Source: a virus | Lineage: Duplodnaviria > Caudoviricetes | Virus record (IMG/VR): IMGVR_UViG_3300043447_000220 | Coordinates: 1 to 39,501 of that record | Length of the DNA stretch: 39,501 nucleotides | Direction: 5' to 3' (one strand) | Part shown: piece after piece, positions 1 to 10,304 of the stretch | How positions within the stretch are numbered: position 1 is the stretch's first letter | Layout: each line of letters starts with the position of its first letter | Notes under the pieces: generated by a model | What the model was told of the DNA's origin: nothing | The model's input: only the letters and a program-made list of their open reading frames with translations | Databases searched by the model: none | Translations under genes and position numbers: made by a program

Positions 1-1252
1 GCCCAGTGCACCAGAGAGTGCCGTCAGTTTTGACAAGCATCGAGTGTGCGTAATCGTACGCAGCAGGGTAGACTTTAGCGACACCAGAGGCGACTTTCAG
101 AGGTGTACTCTGCGCCGTTCCAGCAGTTGCGCCTGTACCAAGGTGACCGTAGTAGGTCGTACCCCAAGCATACAAGTCGCCGTTTGTAGCCAACGCAAAG
201 CAGCCGTAGGCAGTTGGAAACATCTCAGTGATTACAATGCTGTTCGTCACAAAGTACGAAATAGCTGTCGGAATGTTTGCCTGAGTGGTGTTACCGTTGC
301 CAAGCTGGTATTCGCTGTTGTAACCCCACGCATACGGAACACCCGCAGAGGTGAGTGCATAATACGTAGTGTAGCGTTCGCGACTAGCGTAAATCTTGGA
401 GATGTTAGTGAGTACGGGGAGTTCAGCGAACACGTTGCGCTGCACAGTGTCACCTTGACCAAGCTGTCCGTAGCCGTTGTAACCACAGGCGTGGACTTTA
501 CCATCAGAGGTCAACACACAAGTGCTTGGGTAGTTCTCTGGAGAAAGTGTTTGGGCAACAGCGGTGACTGTCTTACCAATCAACGAGCCATAGTCGCTAG
601 AACGCACAGGGACGAAGCGGTTGGTCGTGTCATTCACACCAAGGTTTCCGTAGCCGTTGTAACCCCACTGCCAGAGCTTACCAGTGTTGTCGATTGCTCG
701 CGCACCTACATCGCCATAACCAATATACAGCTTGTCAACGCCAGAGAAACCAAAAGGAAACGCCACACGTTGAGGAGAGGTCTTTGCGTTTGTACTATTG
801 CCAACACCTAAGCTGTAAGAATCGTTTGCACCCCAACCACGCACAGAGCCATCTTGCATGATGACCAGTTGCTTACGGTAAGAGATACTGCGGTGCTCCA
901 ACAGCTTTTTGACTTTGACACCAGAGCGAACCTCAGGCAAACCCCAGACGGGTAAACCAGTTACGTTGTCAATTTTCAACACCTGACCAGTAGTACCTTT
1001 CGGTAAACGGGTCAAAGTAGTACCATTAAAATAAATCAAGTCACCAGCAGCTTGACCGATGCTGGCAGAACCTTGGGCAAACAATTGCCATTTGGAAGTA
1101 TCAGTAGGGAGAGAACCTACGACTGTATCAACGATACAAACGTAGGAGTCTCCGTTATAACTGACCACATCCTGTTTTGTGTAAGTTGTTCCCGCCGCAT
1201 ACGCGCCTTTCCACGAGAAAGCAATCTTACCTAGAGAAACAGTAGAGGGCAT
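1..1252 (-). CDS. RCC1/BLIP-II repeat beta-propeller tail or receptor-binding protein, partial (runs off the window)
   Basis: Not in the ORF track. Translated by hand from ATG at 1252: MPSTVSLGKIAFSWKGAYAAGTTYTKQDVVSYNG..., with repeated RCC1-type motifs (GKLWQWGYNGYGNLG, GKVHACGYNGYGQLG, PYAWGYNSEYQLG, GDLYAWGTTYYGHLG). Frame stays open to the edge. Confidence 0.85.
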   Translation of the reverse strand, partial: MPSTVSLGKIAFSWKGAYAAGTTYTKQDVVSYNGDSYVCIVDTVVGSLPTDTSKWQLFAQGSASIGQAAGDLIYFNGTTLTRLPKGTTGQVLKIDNVTGLPVWGLPEVRSGVKVKKLLEHRSISYRKQLVIMQDGSVRGWGANDSYSLGVGNSTNAKTSPQRVAFPFGFSGVDKLYIGYGDVGARAIDNTGKLWQWGYNGYGNLGVNDTTNRFVPVRSSDYGSLIGKTVTAVAQTLSPENYPSTCVLTSDGKVHACGYNGYGQLGQGDTVQRNVFAELPVLTNISKIYASRERYTTYYALTSAGVPYAWGYNSEYQLGNGNTTQANIPTAISYFVTNSIVITEMFPTAYGCFALATNGDLYAWGTTYYGHLGTGATAGTAQSTPLKVASGVAKVYPAAYDYAHSMLVKTDGTLWCTG

Positions 1253-1261
1253 TTTATATCC

Positions 1262-2935
1262 TTAGAATCGAATGAATTGAGGTGTGGCTGTGTTTTCTCC
1301 GTCGTCATCGCCGTTCATGCTGTAATCACCAGCACCAGAACACACAACACGACCTTGATCATCCAAAGCGTAAATGCAGTTTACGCCAGTTGCTTCGTAG
1401 CGCATACCGCCAAAGCAGAAGTCTACGATTGGGCGCTCATGGATGAAGAAGCTGTTTGGGAACGTGTTATCAGCGCTCCACGCACTGCCGTCGCCTTTTA
1501 CGCCTTGCATATTGCCACCCCAAACAACCAATTGACCGTCAGAGCGCAAAGCAGCAGCCGTACTACCGTATTGACCACCCATCATTTCAAGCTTGGTGAT
1601 GTTAGTGAGGAAGCTCCCACCGATGGTTGCCCACGTAGTGGTGTTAGCAGCAGCCCCTGCAATGTTACCGTTAATACCGTAACCACCGTAGCCTTTAGCT
1701 TGAATGGTTCCATCGTTCATCAGCGCAATAGCTGTTTGGTAGCCACCGCCTTGAACCCAGATGTCTTTGACACCCGTGTGGAATGGCATCGTGAAGGCGC
1801 TATTGTTACCCCCCATTGTCCACCCATTTCCATCCATACCTGTCTGACCAGCACCAGTGCCGCGAAGGTAAACTTCGCCGTTTTCAAATAGGATGCCAGA
1901 AGTCCAGTCGTACTGAGAGCCAGCAACCCAATGCTGATCATTTTCGTCCCAGAACATTTTCTTGACTGCACGCCCTCCAAGATCGAGGCGCTGATGAACA
2001 GAAACAGAACCAGCAGCGGTATGCCACGCCAGAGAGTTGTCACCACAAACCCACGCATTACCTGCGTAGTCGATCAAACACGATGCACCGTAGTAGTTTC
2101 CGTTGACCATAATGCTCTTGATCGGCACTGTAGCTGTGAACGGTACAAGAGTGGCTGTTGCTGTGGCAGAGCCGTTGTTGACTCCCAAGCATCCACTTTG
2201 ATTATAACCCCAAGCGTACACACGCCCTTGGCTGTCCAAAGCCAATGCTTCGGTGTAACCGTAGTAGCCATAAGAAGCCATTACATCTACGATTTTTGCA
2301 TTTGCAGGGATGCCAGAATTACCATTAAGCAATACTGGCGTTCTGATAACGCCACTCAAACCACGACCACTCATATAGTTGCCGTCGTTGCCTCCAGAAT
2401 ACCAAAGACCACCGTTTGTATCGATGTAGAAGGTGTTCGTCCAAGTGACAATCACGCGCGAGATGAGTACGCCCTTAGGAAACGCTGCTTCACCTGCATT
2501 GTAACGAGAGGTATCACTGTTACCGCCGTCACCCATTTGACCGTTGTTACTGCGCCCAATACAGCGCACAGAGCCGTCAGTCATTACGAACATACCAAAG
2601 CGGTTCGATGCGTAAGGCACTCTGTGGTTCTGCACAGTGTCCATGAGACGCGCTACGGTAGTGCCGTTGCGGTCACCCATGAAGCGAAACTCGATAGAGT
2701 CATTGGAGTTGGCGTGGAGCACCATCGCTCCCACACCACCAACACTCACACCACCAGTAAGCAGGTGACCCTTCAGGATTGCATCCTGTTGCCCCAGAGC
2801 AAATGCCTGAGGCGTACCGTTGCGAATGACGTGTGCACCACCATCCTTGAACACCACGTCACGTTCTTTGTACGCGATGTTGGGGGAGTACACACCTTTC
2901 CAACGATAACCAATAGAATCAATATCAATTTTCAT
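1262..2935 (-). CDS. RCC1/BLIP-II repeat beta-propeller tail or receptor-binding protein (557 aa)
   Basis: Repeats DGSVRCIGRSNNGQMG, QGRVYAWGYNQSGCLG, DGQLVVWGGNMQG; lies directly after the tail fibre gene with overlapping stop/start. Confidence 0.8.
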   Translation of the reverse strand: MKIDIDSIGYRWKGVYSPNIAYKERDVVFKDGGAHVIRNGTPQAFALGQQDAILKGHLLTGGVSVGGVGAMVLHANSNDSIEFRFMGDRNGTTVARLMDTVQNHRVPYASNRFGMFVMTDGSVRCIGRSNNGQMGDGGNSDTSRYNAGEAAFPKGVLISRVIVTWTNTFYIDTNGGLWYSGGNDGNYMSGRGLSGVIRTPVLLNGNSGIPANAKIVDVMASYGYYGYTEALALDSQGRVYAWGYNQSGCLGVNNGSATATATLVPFTATVPIKSIMVNGNYYGASCLIDYAGNAWVCGDNSLAWHTAAGSVSVHQRLDLGGRAVKKMFWDENDQHWVAGSQYDWTSGILFENGEVYLRGTGAGQTGMDGNGWTMGGNNSAFTMPFHTGVKDIWVQGGGYQTAIALMNDGTIQAKGYGGYGINGNIAGAAANTTTWATIGGSFLTNITKLEMMGGQYGSTAAALRSDGQLVVWGGNMQGVKGDGSAWSADNTFPNSFFIHERPIVDFCFGGMRYEATGVNCIYALDDQGRVVCSGAGDYSMNGDDDGENTATPQFIRF

Positions 2936-3834
2936 TATAGGTTCACCACTAGGTTATTTTTGTCCACGCTGTACGAGATGTTTTCAGAAAGAGTCCAAGT
3001 AGCGTATGCAGTGGAATCAAAGTCTGCATCACGACCTTTGGTCAAAATCAATTCAGTACCATCAGCGGACAAATTGAATCCATGAAACACTGGAGCAGCC
3101 ACAGACTGCACAAGCTCGTAGCCAGTGGCATCAGCCTTGACCTGCAAGAACTCTTTGGCGTGACCAGCGAGACCTGTAGGAATCTTTGCAGCATTCAGCG
3201 CATCAAGTGTGTCAGTATACGCATCGGCAGCAGCAGCGGCACTTGCCGCAGATTCCACAGCCTTCGCAGTAGCTTGGTTCTTCTGGCTGGTTGCCTCAGT
3301 CGCCTGAGCAGCCGCTAGGTTCTTCTGGTTGAGTGCCTCAGTAGCCTGTGCAGCAGCCGTAGAAGCGCTTGCAGCGGCAGCAGCGACAGAAGCCGCAGTC
3401 TGAGCAACCAAGAATTGTTTGTTGACCGCATCAGTGTTGTTTACTGGGTCAGCGACGTTCTTGATGACACGGCTCTGAGCGTCGAACTTGCCGTCCACGC
3501 CCTTACCGATTGTCTCAGATGTTTTGTCAACGGCTTCTTGAGCAGCGTTGAACACCTGAATGAAAGCTTTGTCCAAATCCTCCTCAGACAGCACAGAGCC
3601 GTTGATGAAGTCCACCGCTCGCTCTTCTAGGTCAGTAGCTCGCGCAATACGCACGATGGAGCCGTTAGCAGGTGCTGTGGTGAGTGCCACAGTGTTGGAC
3701 GATGTAAAAGTGTAAGCAGTAGTTAGAGTGCCATCCACGTAGATGGAAATCTCAGCAGTGTCTGCGTACACAAAAGGAATGTTGAAGGTCTTCGTGAGAC
3801 CGTCACCATTAAATTCGCGATAGGAATAAGCCAT
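2935..3834 (-). CDS. Tail fibre / adaptor protein with T7 gp17-like N-terminal domain (299 aa)
   Basis: N-terminus FNGDGLTKTFNIPFVY...VDFINGSVLSEEDLD...RVIKNVADPVNNTDAVNK is typical of the gp17 attachment domain; followed by an Ala-rich coiled coil; position after internal virion proteins. Confidence 0.85.
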   Translation of the reverse strand: MAYSYREFNGDGLTKTFNIPFVYADTAEISIYVDGTLTTAYTFTSSNTVALTTAPANGSIVRIARATDLEERAVDFINGSVLSEEDLDKAFIQVFNAAQEAVDKTSETIGKGVDGKFDAQSRVIKNVADPVNNTDAVNKQFLVAQTAASVAAAAASASTAAAQATEALNQKNLAAAQATEATSQKNQATAKAVESAASAAAAADAYTDTLDALNAAKIPTGLAGHAKEFLQVKADATGYELVQSVAAPVFHGFNLSADGTELILTKGRDADFDSTAYATWTLSENISYSVDKNNLVVNL

Positions 3835-3843
3835 AAGCCCCTC

Positions 3844-3874
3844 AAAAGAAAACGAGGGGCATTAAGCCCCCCGC
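3844..3874 (-). terminator. Intrinsic terminator after the internal virion protein D gene
   Basis: Minus strand GCGGGGGGC-TTAAT-GCCCCTCGT-TTTCTTTT. Confidence 0.7.
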
Positions 3875-6800
3875 TTATTGGTCAGTGAAAGCGTCAGCAA
3901 GCGCGTTGTTCACGATTGCCATTGGGTAGAAGTTTTGGAGCGGAACCATGCGTAGCCACGCACGAAGTTCATCCTCTTTGAGTTCCTTGTCTCCTACAGT
4001 GATGCTCGCAATACTCTTGCCCATCTTGTTGACGTTTTGAATCAAGTCGATGGTTGGGTTCGAGATCAAGCTGTTGCCGTTGAAACGCTGGATAGCCGTG
4101 GAGTACATCGAGAGCATACCCATGTACCCTAAAGTACCTTCAAATACGAAAGACGTAGGGTCGAGTTTCTTCTCAAGGTATTCCTGCTTTGCCATGTCAC
4201 TCTTGCCCTGAGCATTGATCAGAGTACGGGTGTAGTACACCATACTCGACACGAATGCTGCGCCAGCAGTGATACGGAAGATGGAACCAAGGTCACCATG
4301 CGTTGCGCGGACAGCCAAGCGCTGCAACTGCTGTTCCTGAGCAGCTAGGGTGTAGCTGAGGAACTGACCTAGGGTTTTGCCCCAAGGTGTTCGCAGTGTG
4401 CGGTTCAACGACCCTAGGTTGGGGTCTTGTACCGATTGCATAGCGTGGCGGTAGCCAGACATCTTGAATGCGTCAGCAGCCTTCGTACCGTCTGCACCAG
4501 ACTTGCTCCAATCATCGATGTTGAGTGCAACCAGCTTACCGTCTTCGTACTTGGCGTACTTGTTGATCATTTGCATGATCGACGTGCCAGTTTGCTCATC
4601 GATGCCGAGTTGCTCCATCTTGATGTTCTTGAAGGGAGCCTTGTACTTCCCAGACTTAGAGAACGCCTTTGCAGCCGCTTCCCAATCGTAGGCGTAGAAC
4701 ATTCCGTCAGCGCGACGAAGCACAGCAGTCACTGGCAACATACCAGACAGCATGGACACCTTGGTTCGCCCGTAGGCGAGCGCCTTGTCCACTTTGGTGT
4801 AATCACTACGGATGAAGTCAGTCTCAATCTCGTCCCAGTTGGTTCGAGCGCGACCTGTCCACACGTCCATGCCCACACCGAAGGCGTGTTGCATTTCACG
4901 CAGCAGTTGGTTGTCGAGGTTACCGTCCTTCGCCTTCTTGATCAGATTACGCATCTCAGGGAGGTTCTTCGCGATGGTCTTCACGTTGTGATCCATCAGC
5001 ACGTTGGCTGCTTCGACCATACTGGAGAGACCAGAGGAACCCATCGAGGTGATGTAGTTGTAGTCACGAATACGACGGAGGATCGCCTCACCAGTGTCAC
5101 CAATCGAATGCTGGTGAGCCAACTGACCAGTGATACCGTCGTACATGAACTTCAGCGCATCCAACTCTTCTTGGAGCTTTCCTGTAGGGATGCGATTACC
5201 AGTGGCGTTGCGATCAGCAATCTTCTGGAGAATCGTTTCGATGCTGTCGCCGCCCTCAACCTCAAGCCCGTTACGAGCCAACCCGATAGCACCACCCATT
5301 TGGAAGGTGTACATCGTGTGTAGGTCTTCCACGTCGTTGACCAAGAGGTCTTCGAAGGAAAGCTGCGAGCCATCAGGAAGCGTGATTGCGTGAGTCTCAT
5401 CGAGGTCGATGCGGGTACGCGAGCGAGCGACACCTTCACCAGTAGGCTTCGTAGGGACAGCACGTTCAAGTGCGCCCATGAGTTCGTCTACTTTAGCGTC
5501 GTCATTGAGTTTGCTTTTAAGTGCGTCTCGCAGTGCTTCGAGGGTGTCTTCTTTAATGCCGAGCTTAACGACCATACCATTAGGTAAAGCAGAGCGAGCA
5601 GCGCGAGTTTCAATACCATGCAAATATCCATCAGCGATTGTCTCCGCGATGTTGTCGTCGATTGTTTGTTTCTTGAGGATAGCCTCTTTGACCAATCGTA
5701 CGATTTCAGCGCGACCAGCCTTTTGAGAGGCGGCATCGATCTTCGCATGATCATGGATGCGAGGTACGTAGGTTTCTTTCTCCACTTCTTTGCCAACAAA
5801 ACCACGGGCTTTGTATTTGACTGCTTGGTCGTGGAGACCAGAGAAGCTTTCACGGAATTTCTGCCCAGAGCGGAGCACGTCAGAGTCACCGTCGAGGAGA
5901 CCACGGCGCAATGCCTTCGTCACCATCTCGTTGAACTCAACCTTGTAGCCCTCAGCCTCCATCGGATTCCACACCTTACCGTAGGTGCGCTGCATCCACC
6001 CATCACGGGCGTGTTGGAGATCGGGAACCACACGCGCAGTCTCAGATGCCTGTAGGTAGCTTTGAATCTCGTTTGCGCCAAAACCCACCGCGCTGCGGTT
6101 GGAGTTGCCAGCAGAGTTCAAGCCAAACTTAGGCGCGAGAGCGCGAACGTCGCCGTCTTCAGATGCCATAGCGCGAGCTACAGCAGAGATTTTCCCGCGC
6201 ATACCGAATGCGAGGAAGTTACTGCCCAACTGTGTGGGCGCGTTGTCATTCTCACCTACCTTGAAGCTAGGCACTTCAACACCTGCATCGATACCCGAAG
6301 GTGTTTTCTCAGTGTGCCGCTCGATGGCTGTGGTGAGGTTGCGGTCTTTGATGATGCTACCAAACATCTCCTCTTCCTCAGCGGTGAGGGGGATGCCAGA
6401 AGCCATACGCTTGTCATACACAGTCGCGAGCTTTGCTCTGCGCCATGCAGCAGCGCCGCCAGACGTGGTAGCACCTAGTGCACCGCCAAAGGCGACGTAG
6501 AGGGGAAGATTGGAAGCGTCCGCATCAGGTTGATACGCTGCACGGATGCCTTCAAAGATAGCCGCCTCAGTCATACCTTGCACACCGCCCATCTTGGCGT
6601 TGCGAGCCACATCGGTGAAGCGTTTGACTTTCGTCGCCTTGCTTACAGCGTCCGCTGCCTTCACACCTTTGTAGGCTGCATACATCCGATCAGGGATCGT
6701 ACCCAGACCAGCGGTAGTTGCGGTGACCGCTGCAATCTCTACAGGGTCAAAGAGAGAAGCCAGAATGTAGGATGCAGATTTATCCCATCCAGATTGACTC

Positions 6801-7132
6801 AGCTTCTCCATTGTTGCTTGACGGCTAAGGGCGATCTCACGGCGCTCTGCTGCCTCTTGTTCAGAGCCAGCTTTGAGCACGTAGTCGCGAAGCTCAGGTG
6901 TACTTAGGTCACCAGCAAGGCTTTTCGCCTTCTCACCATCAAGTGCCCACCCCTTGTCGTTTGTCGCCTTAGGAGAGTTTGCAATCAGGGGGTAGATGTG
7001 GTTTTCACGCACCCCTCGCTGTGCGGCTTCGAGATAGCCGATTTCTCTTTCAGGCTGAGGGAGAGGTGTTGCACCCTTCGGAAGAAGGGGATCAGAAAAG
7101 CCCTCTAGGGAGCCTTCGTATACGTCGAGCAT
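3875..7132 (-). CDS. Internal virion (ejection) protein D, gp16-like (1085 aa)
   Basis: Size and synteny (largest internal protein, just before the tail fibre); YVPRIHD motif; helical composition. Confidence 0.7.
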   Translation of the reverse strand: MLDVYEGSLEGFSDPLLPKGATPLPQPEREIGYLEAAQRGVRENHIYPLIANSPKATNDKGWALDGEKAKSLAGDLSTPELRDYVLKAGSEQEAAERREIALSRQATMEKLSQSGWDKSASYILASLFDPVEIAAVTATTAGLGTIPDRMYAAYKGVKAADAVSKATKVKRFTDVARNAKMGGVQGMTEAAIFEGIRAAYQPDADASNLPLYVAFGGALGATTSGGAAAWRRAKLATVYDKRMASGIPLTAEEEEMFGSIIKDRNLTTAIERHTEKTPSGIDAGVEVPSFKVGENDNAPTQLGSNFLAFGMRGKISAVARAMASEDGDVRALAPKFGLNSAGNSNRSAVGFGANEIQSYLQASETARVVPDLQHARDGWMQRTYGKVWNPMEAEGYKVEFNEMVTKALRRGLLDGDSDVLRSGQKFRESFSGLHDQAVKYKARGFVGKEVEKETYVPRIHDHAKIDAASQKAGRAEIVRLVKEAILKKQTIDDNIAETIADGYLHGIETRAARSALPNGMVVKLGIKEDTLEALRDALKSKLNDDAKVDELMGALERAVPTKPTGEGVARSRTRIDLDETHAITLPDGSQLSFEDLLVNDVEDLHTMYTFQMGGAIGLARNGLEVEGGDSIETILQKIADRNATGNRIPTGKLQEELDALKFMYDGITGQLAHQHSIGDTGEAILRRIRDYNYITSMGSSGLSSMVEAANVLMDHNVKTIAKNLPEMRNLIKKAKDGNLDNQLLREMQHAFGVGMDVWTGRARTNWDEIETDFIRSDYTKVDKALAYGRTKVSMLSGMLPVTAVLRRADGMFYAYDWEAAAKAFSKSGKYKAPFKNIKMEQLGIDEQTGTSIMQMINKYAKYEDGKLVALNIDDWSKSGADGTKAADAFKMSGYRHAMQSVQDPNLGSLNRTLRTPWGKTLGQFLSYTLAAQEQQLQRLAVRATHGDLGSIFRITAGAAFVSSMVYYTRTLINAQGKSDMAKQEYLEKKLDPTSFVFEGTLGYMGMLSMYSTAIQRFNGNSLISNPTIDLIQNVNKMGKSIASITVGDKELKEDELRAWLRMVPLQNFYPMAIVNNALADAFTDQ

Positions 7133-9213
7133 TATTTCCTCTTTGCATTATTTTTCGCAGCTTGGGTGTCCCAATACCACTTAGAAATGGTACGAGCATC
7201 CACAGCATAGGATTCCCCACCAAACACCTCAGACACCTTAGTGCCGTCAGTGGTTTGCATCAGGAAATACCCGTGGCGATATGGGTGGGTCGTCAACGAC
7301 ATACTCGTCTTCGACAAATCCACGCCTTGATCTTTACCGCGCTTCACGATGTCCGCTTTCCATGCGACAGCGAAGTCATCGAGGGCGTTGAGGTAGTTCT
7401 CTTCAGAATTGAATAGACCGCGCACAGCAGGGTTTCCTGTGTGCACATAGGCGTGACCCTTAGGAGATACCTTATGGCTCTCTGTGAAGCGTCGTACGAC
7501 TTCAGCTTGCGCTGTAGATTGGTCGAGACCAGACAACCGCATCAACTGTTCAGTACCCTCAGAGATGTACTTGCGTACGTACCCTGCGTTGGTAGCGTCA
7601 TTCTCAAACCAAGTGAGTGGGTTGATGTTGTTGCGATTCAGTACCGACTTGACAGAGCTTTCCACGCGCTTGTGATCTACGGTGACTTTGGTGTCCCCGC
7701 GAGACGCTAAGGATGTGGCGATGTGATCTACGGAGTACCCAAGCTTGCTTAGGGTGTACATTGCTTCGTACTTGTTCCGCATCCCCTCGTTGGGAAGCTG
7801 AACAGCCGCAGCGTACTCACCACCAGCATCACGAATACGAGTGTATTCAGCAAAGCCAGCCTTCAATAGCTGCATAGAGCGAGTAGTCGTAATCTTCTTA
7901 CCGTCGTCAGTCTTGATCTCGATCTTGTTGGGATCAGTAGTGACCATACCCATCGCGGCGATACCAGCTTCCATCTTCTCAGCAATCTGAGGCACACGGA
8001 CTTTGGTAGCGACGTTGGCGTAGAACGCATCGACGTTGGGCTTGTCACCAGACAGGTAACGCTTGATGCCGTAGTCAGCGACTTGGCGCTCAATCTCATT
8101 CTGAGAGAGGTAGCGTGTTTCGCCGTTCTCTGTGGTGTACGGAACCTTGTCTACAGGAACCACACCAGTGTTGATCACCGTAGCGACAGCAGCGTCATAA
8201 GCAGCTTTCTTACTAGCCGCAGCAGCCCACTTACGATCTCGCGCTTCGACTTGTCCAAGTAGGTAGCGACGAGCATTGTTGTTGAGGTACTTGCTGCCTC
8301 CGTTGTCCCATTCTTTCTGGAACATCTGCTCGACAGTCTTCTTAGACCAACCCTTCTGGATACCGTCTTCCATGCGGCGGTCAAAGTCGATTTGCTTCGC
8401 CTCTGTTTCGGCAGGAGTAAGCGTATTCAGCTTGTGGCGAATACGGTCACGGCTGGCGTTGTACTCAGGGTTTTCTGTAGCGAGGAGCTTGCGACGATCA
8501 AGGTGTTCCAAGATCGTGGTGTCCCACTTATCGCGAGGTACGTTCTTAGATTGTGCATCTTCAAGACCTGTCTCTTGGACAGACAGCATACGCTTGACCA
8601 TCTCTTTGGGGTCAAGTCTTCCCTTGTTCATTTTAAACAAGGAATCTAGTTCGCTATCGATCTCTTCGGGCGTTGCACCACGATCTTTTAGTTTCTTCGT
8701 AGTTGCAGCCACAGTGATTGCAAAATCACCGTACTTCTTCTCTTCAGCAGCCGCAGCAGCATCACGCTGGCGCTTCACAAAGCGAGCTTGGAGTGTGTCC
8801 TCCATCAGAGAGGTGAGTGCGAACGCCTTCATGCGGTCGCCTTCTGCACCGAACTTCTGAGTAAAAGCTTGCTTTACTGCGTTGCCATACTCTGCCTCAG
8901 GGAGCGATTCAAACTTCTCAGCGTTCTCGCTCCACCAAGGGTAGAAGTCGCCGTGAGCAGCCATAACTGCTTCAACCTTTTGCTCTTTACTGCGTAGGTC
9001 GCGTTGCTCTTCAACTTGCTGTTTGAATACTTGCTCAACTGGGCGAGACATCGCCTCCAAGTTGTTCTCTAGAACTTTGGCTTTGAAGGCGGTCTCAGTT
9101 ACCCCGCTTTGATCTGGGGTTGCAAATGTATTTACAGGGTTGGCAACTGGGCGTAATTGTTCTTGGTTTTGTTGGGGGTCACCCACAAAAGCCCCGATAC
9201 CTTTTCGAGCCAT
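7132..9213 (-). CDS. Internal virion protein C, gp15-like (693 aa)
   Basis: Synteny and size; N-terminal LRPVANPVNTF motif; GGAG RBS. Confidence 0.65.
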   Translation of the reverse strand: MARKGIGAFVGDPQQNQEQLRPVANPVNTFATPDQSGVTETAFKAKVLENNLEAMSRPVEQVFKQQVEEQRDLRSKEQKVEAVMAAHGDFYPWWSENAEKFESLPEAEYGNAVKQAFTQKFGAEGDRMKAFALTSLMEDTLQARFVKRQRDAAAAAEEKKYGDFAITVAATTKKLKDRGATPEEIDSELDSLFKMNKGRLDPKEMVKRMLSVQETGLEDAQSKNVPRDKWDTTILEHLDRRKLLATENPEYNASRDRIRHKLNTLTPAETEAKQIDFDRRMEDGIQKGWSKKTVEQMFQKEWDNGGSKYLNNNARRYLLGQVEARDRKWAAAASKKAAYDAAVATVINTGVVPVDKVPYTTENGETRYLSQNEIERQVADYGIKRYLSGDKPNVDAFYANVATKVRVPQIAEKMEAGIAAMGMVTTDPNKIEIKTDDGKKITTTRSMQLLKAGFAEYTRIRDAGGEYAAAVQLPNEGMRNKYEAMYTLSKLGYSVDHIATSLASRGDTKVTVDHKRVESSVKSVLNRNNINPLTWFENDATNAGYVRKYISEGTEQLMRLSGLDQSTAQAEVVRRFTESHKVSPKGHAYVHTGNPAVRGLFNSEENYLNALDDFAVAWKADIVKRGKDQGVDLSKTSMSLTTHPYRHGYFLMQTTDGTKVSEVFGGESYAVDARTISKWYWDTQAAKNNAKRK

Positions 9214-9224
9214 AGTTTCTCCAA

Positions 9225-9842
9225 TTAGTTAGTCCAGAGCTTCGCGCCTGTACCCTTGCCGAACATCTTGTCTGTGCCTCGGTTGAACGCATCTTTTCCA
9301 AAGACGCTATCGCCCTCTTTGAGACCAGAAGAAGCCATCATGTAGGTAGTACCCACATTGGCTGCGATACCTAGCCCTGCGTCGAATGCAGATGGGGCGT
9401 AACCCTTCTGGACGCTGTTTACACGGCTCTTAAAAGTTGTCGCAGTACCAGCACGTTCATTTTCAAGCTGATTCTTGATGTTGTCGAAGTTTCGATTGAT
9501 TGTACCTTGATTGACGGCGTTAGCTCGCTCGTACTGATCAAAGATGTTTTGGACGGAGTTTCCAGAGATACCTGCTTCACCAGCAGCCACTTGGATCGTC
9601 CCTTGTTTCTTCATGCCGTCGATGGTGTTAGCCAGCGATTTCTGCGCCTTTGCCTCGGCTTCCTGATCCTGTCTTAGGTTCAGTTGACGTACGTCATTAA
9701 GCTGCGCGTCCTTGGCGTTCTGTGCATTCTGGAGGTACAAAGCATTCTGTTGGTTTGCCTGTTCCACAGCCATGTTCTGCTTTTGAACACCCTGATACAC
9801 ACTCATAGCCATCATAGCGATTGTTATTGGATCACCGCACAT
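9225..9842 (-). CDS. Internal virion protein B, gp14-like (205 aa)
   Basis: MCGDPITIAM start, Gln/Ala-rich coiled coil, AAGEAGISGNSV motif, synteny. Confidence 0.8.
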   Translation of the reverse strand: MCGDPITIAMMAMSVYQGVQKQNMAVEQANQQNALYLQNAQNAKDAQLNDVRQLNLRQDQEAEAKAQKSLANTIDGMKKQGTIQVAAGEAGISGNSVQNIFDQYERANAVNQGTINRNFDNIKNQLENERAGTATTFKSRVNSVQKGYAPSAFDAGLGIAANVGTTYMMASSGLKEGDSVFGKDAFNRGTDKMFGKGTGAKLWTN

Positions 9843-10304
9843 TTAGTTTCCTTTATGTCGTGCAAATTCAATGAAAGGCGCGGGGTTCACCCCGAAGTCA
9901 TCAATTTGACGGATGAAACTGAAGCCTAGCCATTTTAACCAGCGAATGCTGGTGGTATTTTTTGCGTATACGAAATTGAAGAGGAGGTCGTAGCGTTGAT
10001 TTACTCTATCGAGCCATTCTCTTGATTGTGGAATGAATTCTTTTGCAATTTTAGGAAGCTCATCAGAGCCGAGCAACCAAGGGATGCCGATGTTGGGAGC
10101 GTACTCACCAACACCGAACATACCAATAACTTTTCCATCGTCCGAAATAATAGAGTTGGCTTCTACCGCCCTCTGAAAGGAAAACACCAGCGCTTCAAAA
10201 GGCTGCATTCCATGCGAATGCCAAATTTCTTGGATGTCTTGCTTTCTCATGGTGGATGCGAGTTCATCGCAATCCAAAAGTATAGAGGGACGGTAGTGTG
10301 CCAT
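9843..10304 (-). CDS. Internal virion protein A-like / GNAT-fold protein, gp13-like
   Basis: Start moved to ATG 10304 (TAATG overlap with gp12 stop); GIPWLLGS, NFVYAKNTTSIRWLKWLGF motifs. Confidence 0.8.
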   Translation of the reverse strand: MAHYRPSILLDCDELASTMRKQDIQEIWHSHGMQPFEALVFSFQRAVEANSIISDDGKVIGMFGVGEYAPNIGIPWLLGSDELPKIAKEFIPQSREWLDRVNQRYDLLFNFVYAKNTTSIRWLKWLGFSFIRQIDDFGVNPAPFIEFARHKGN

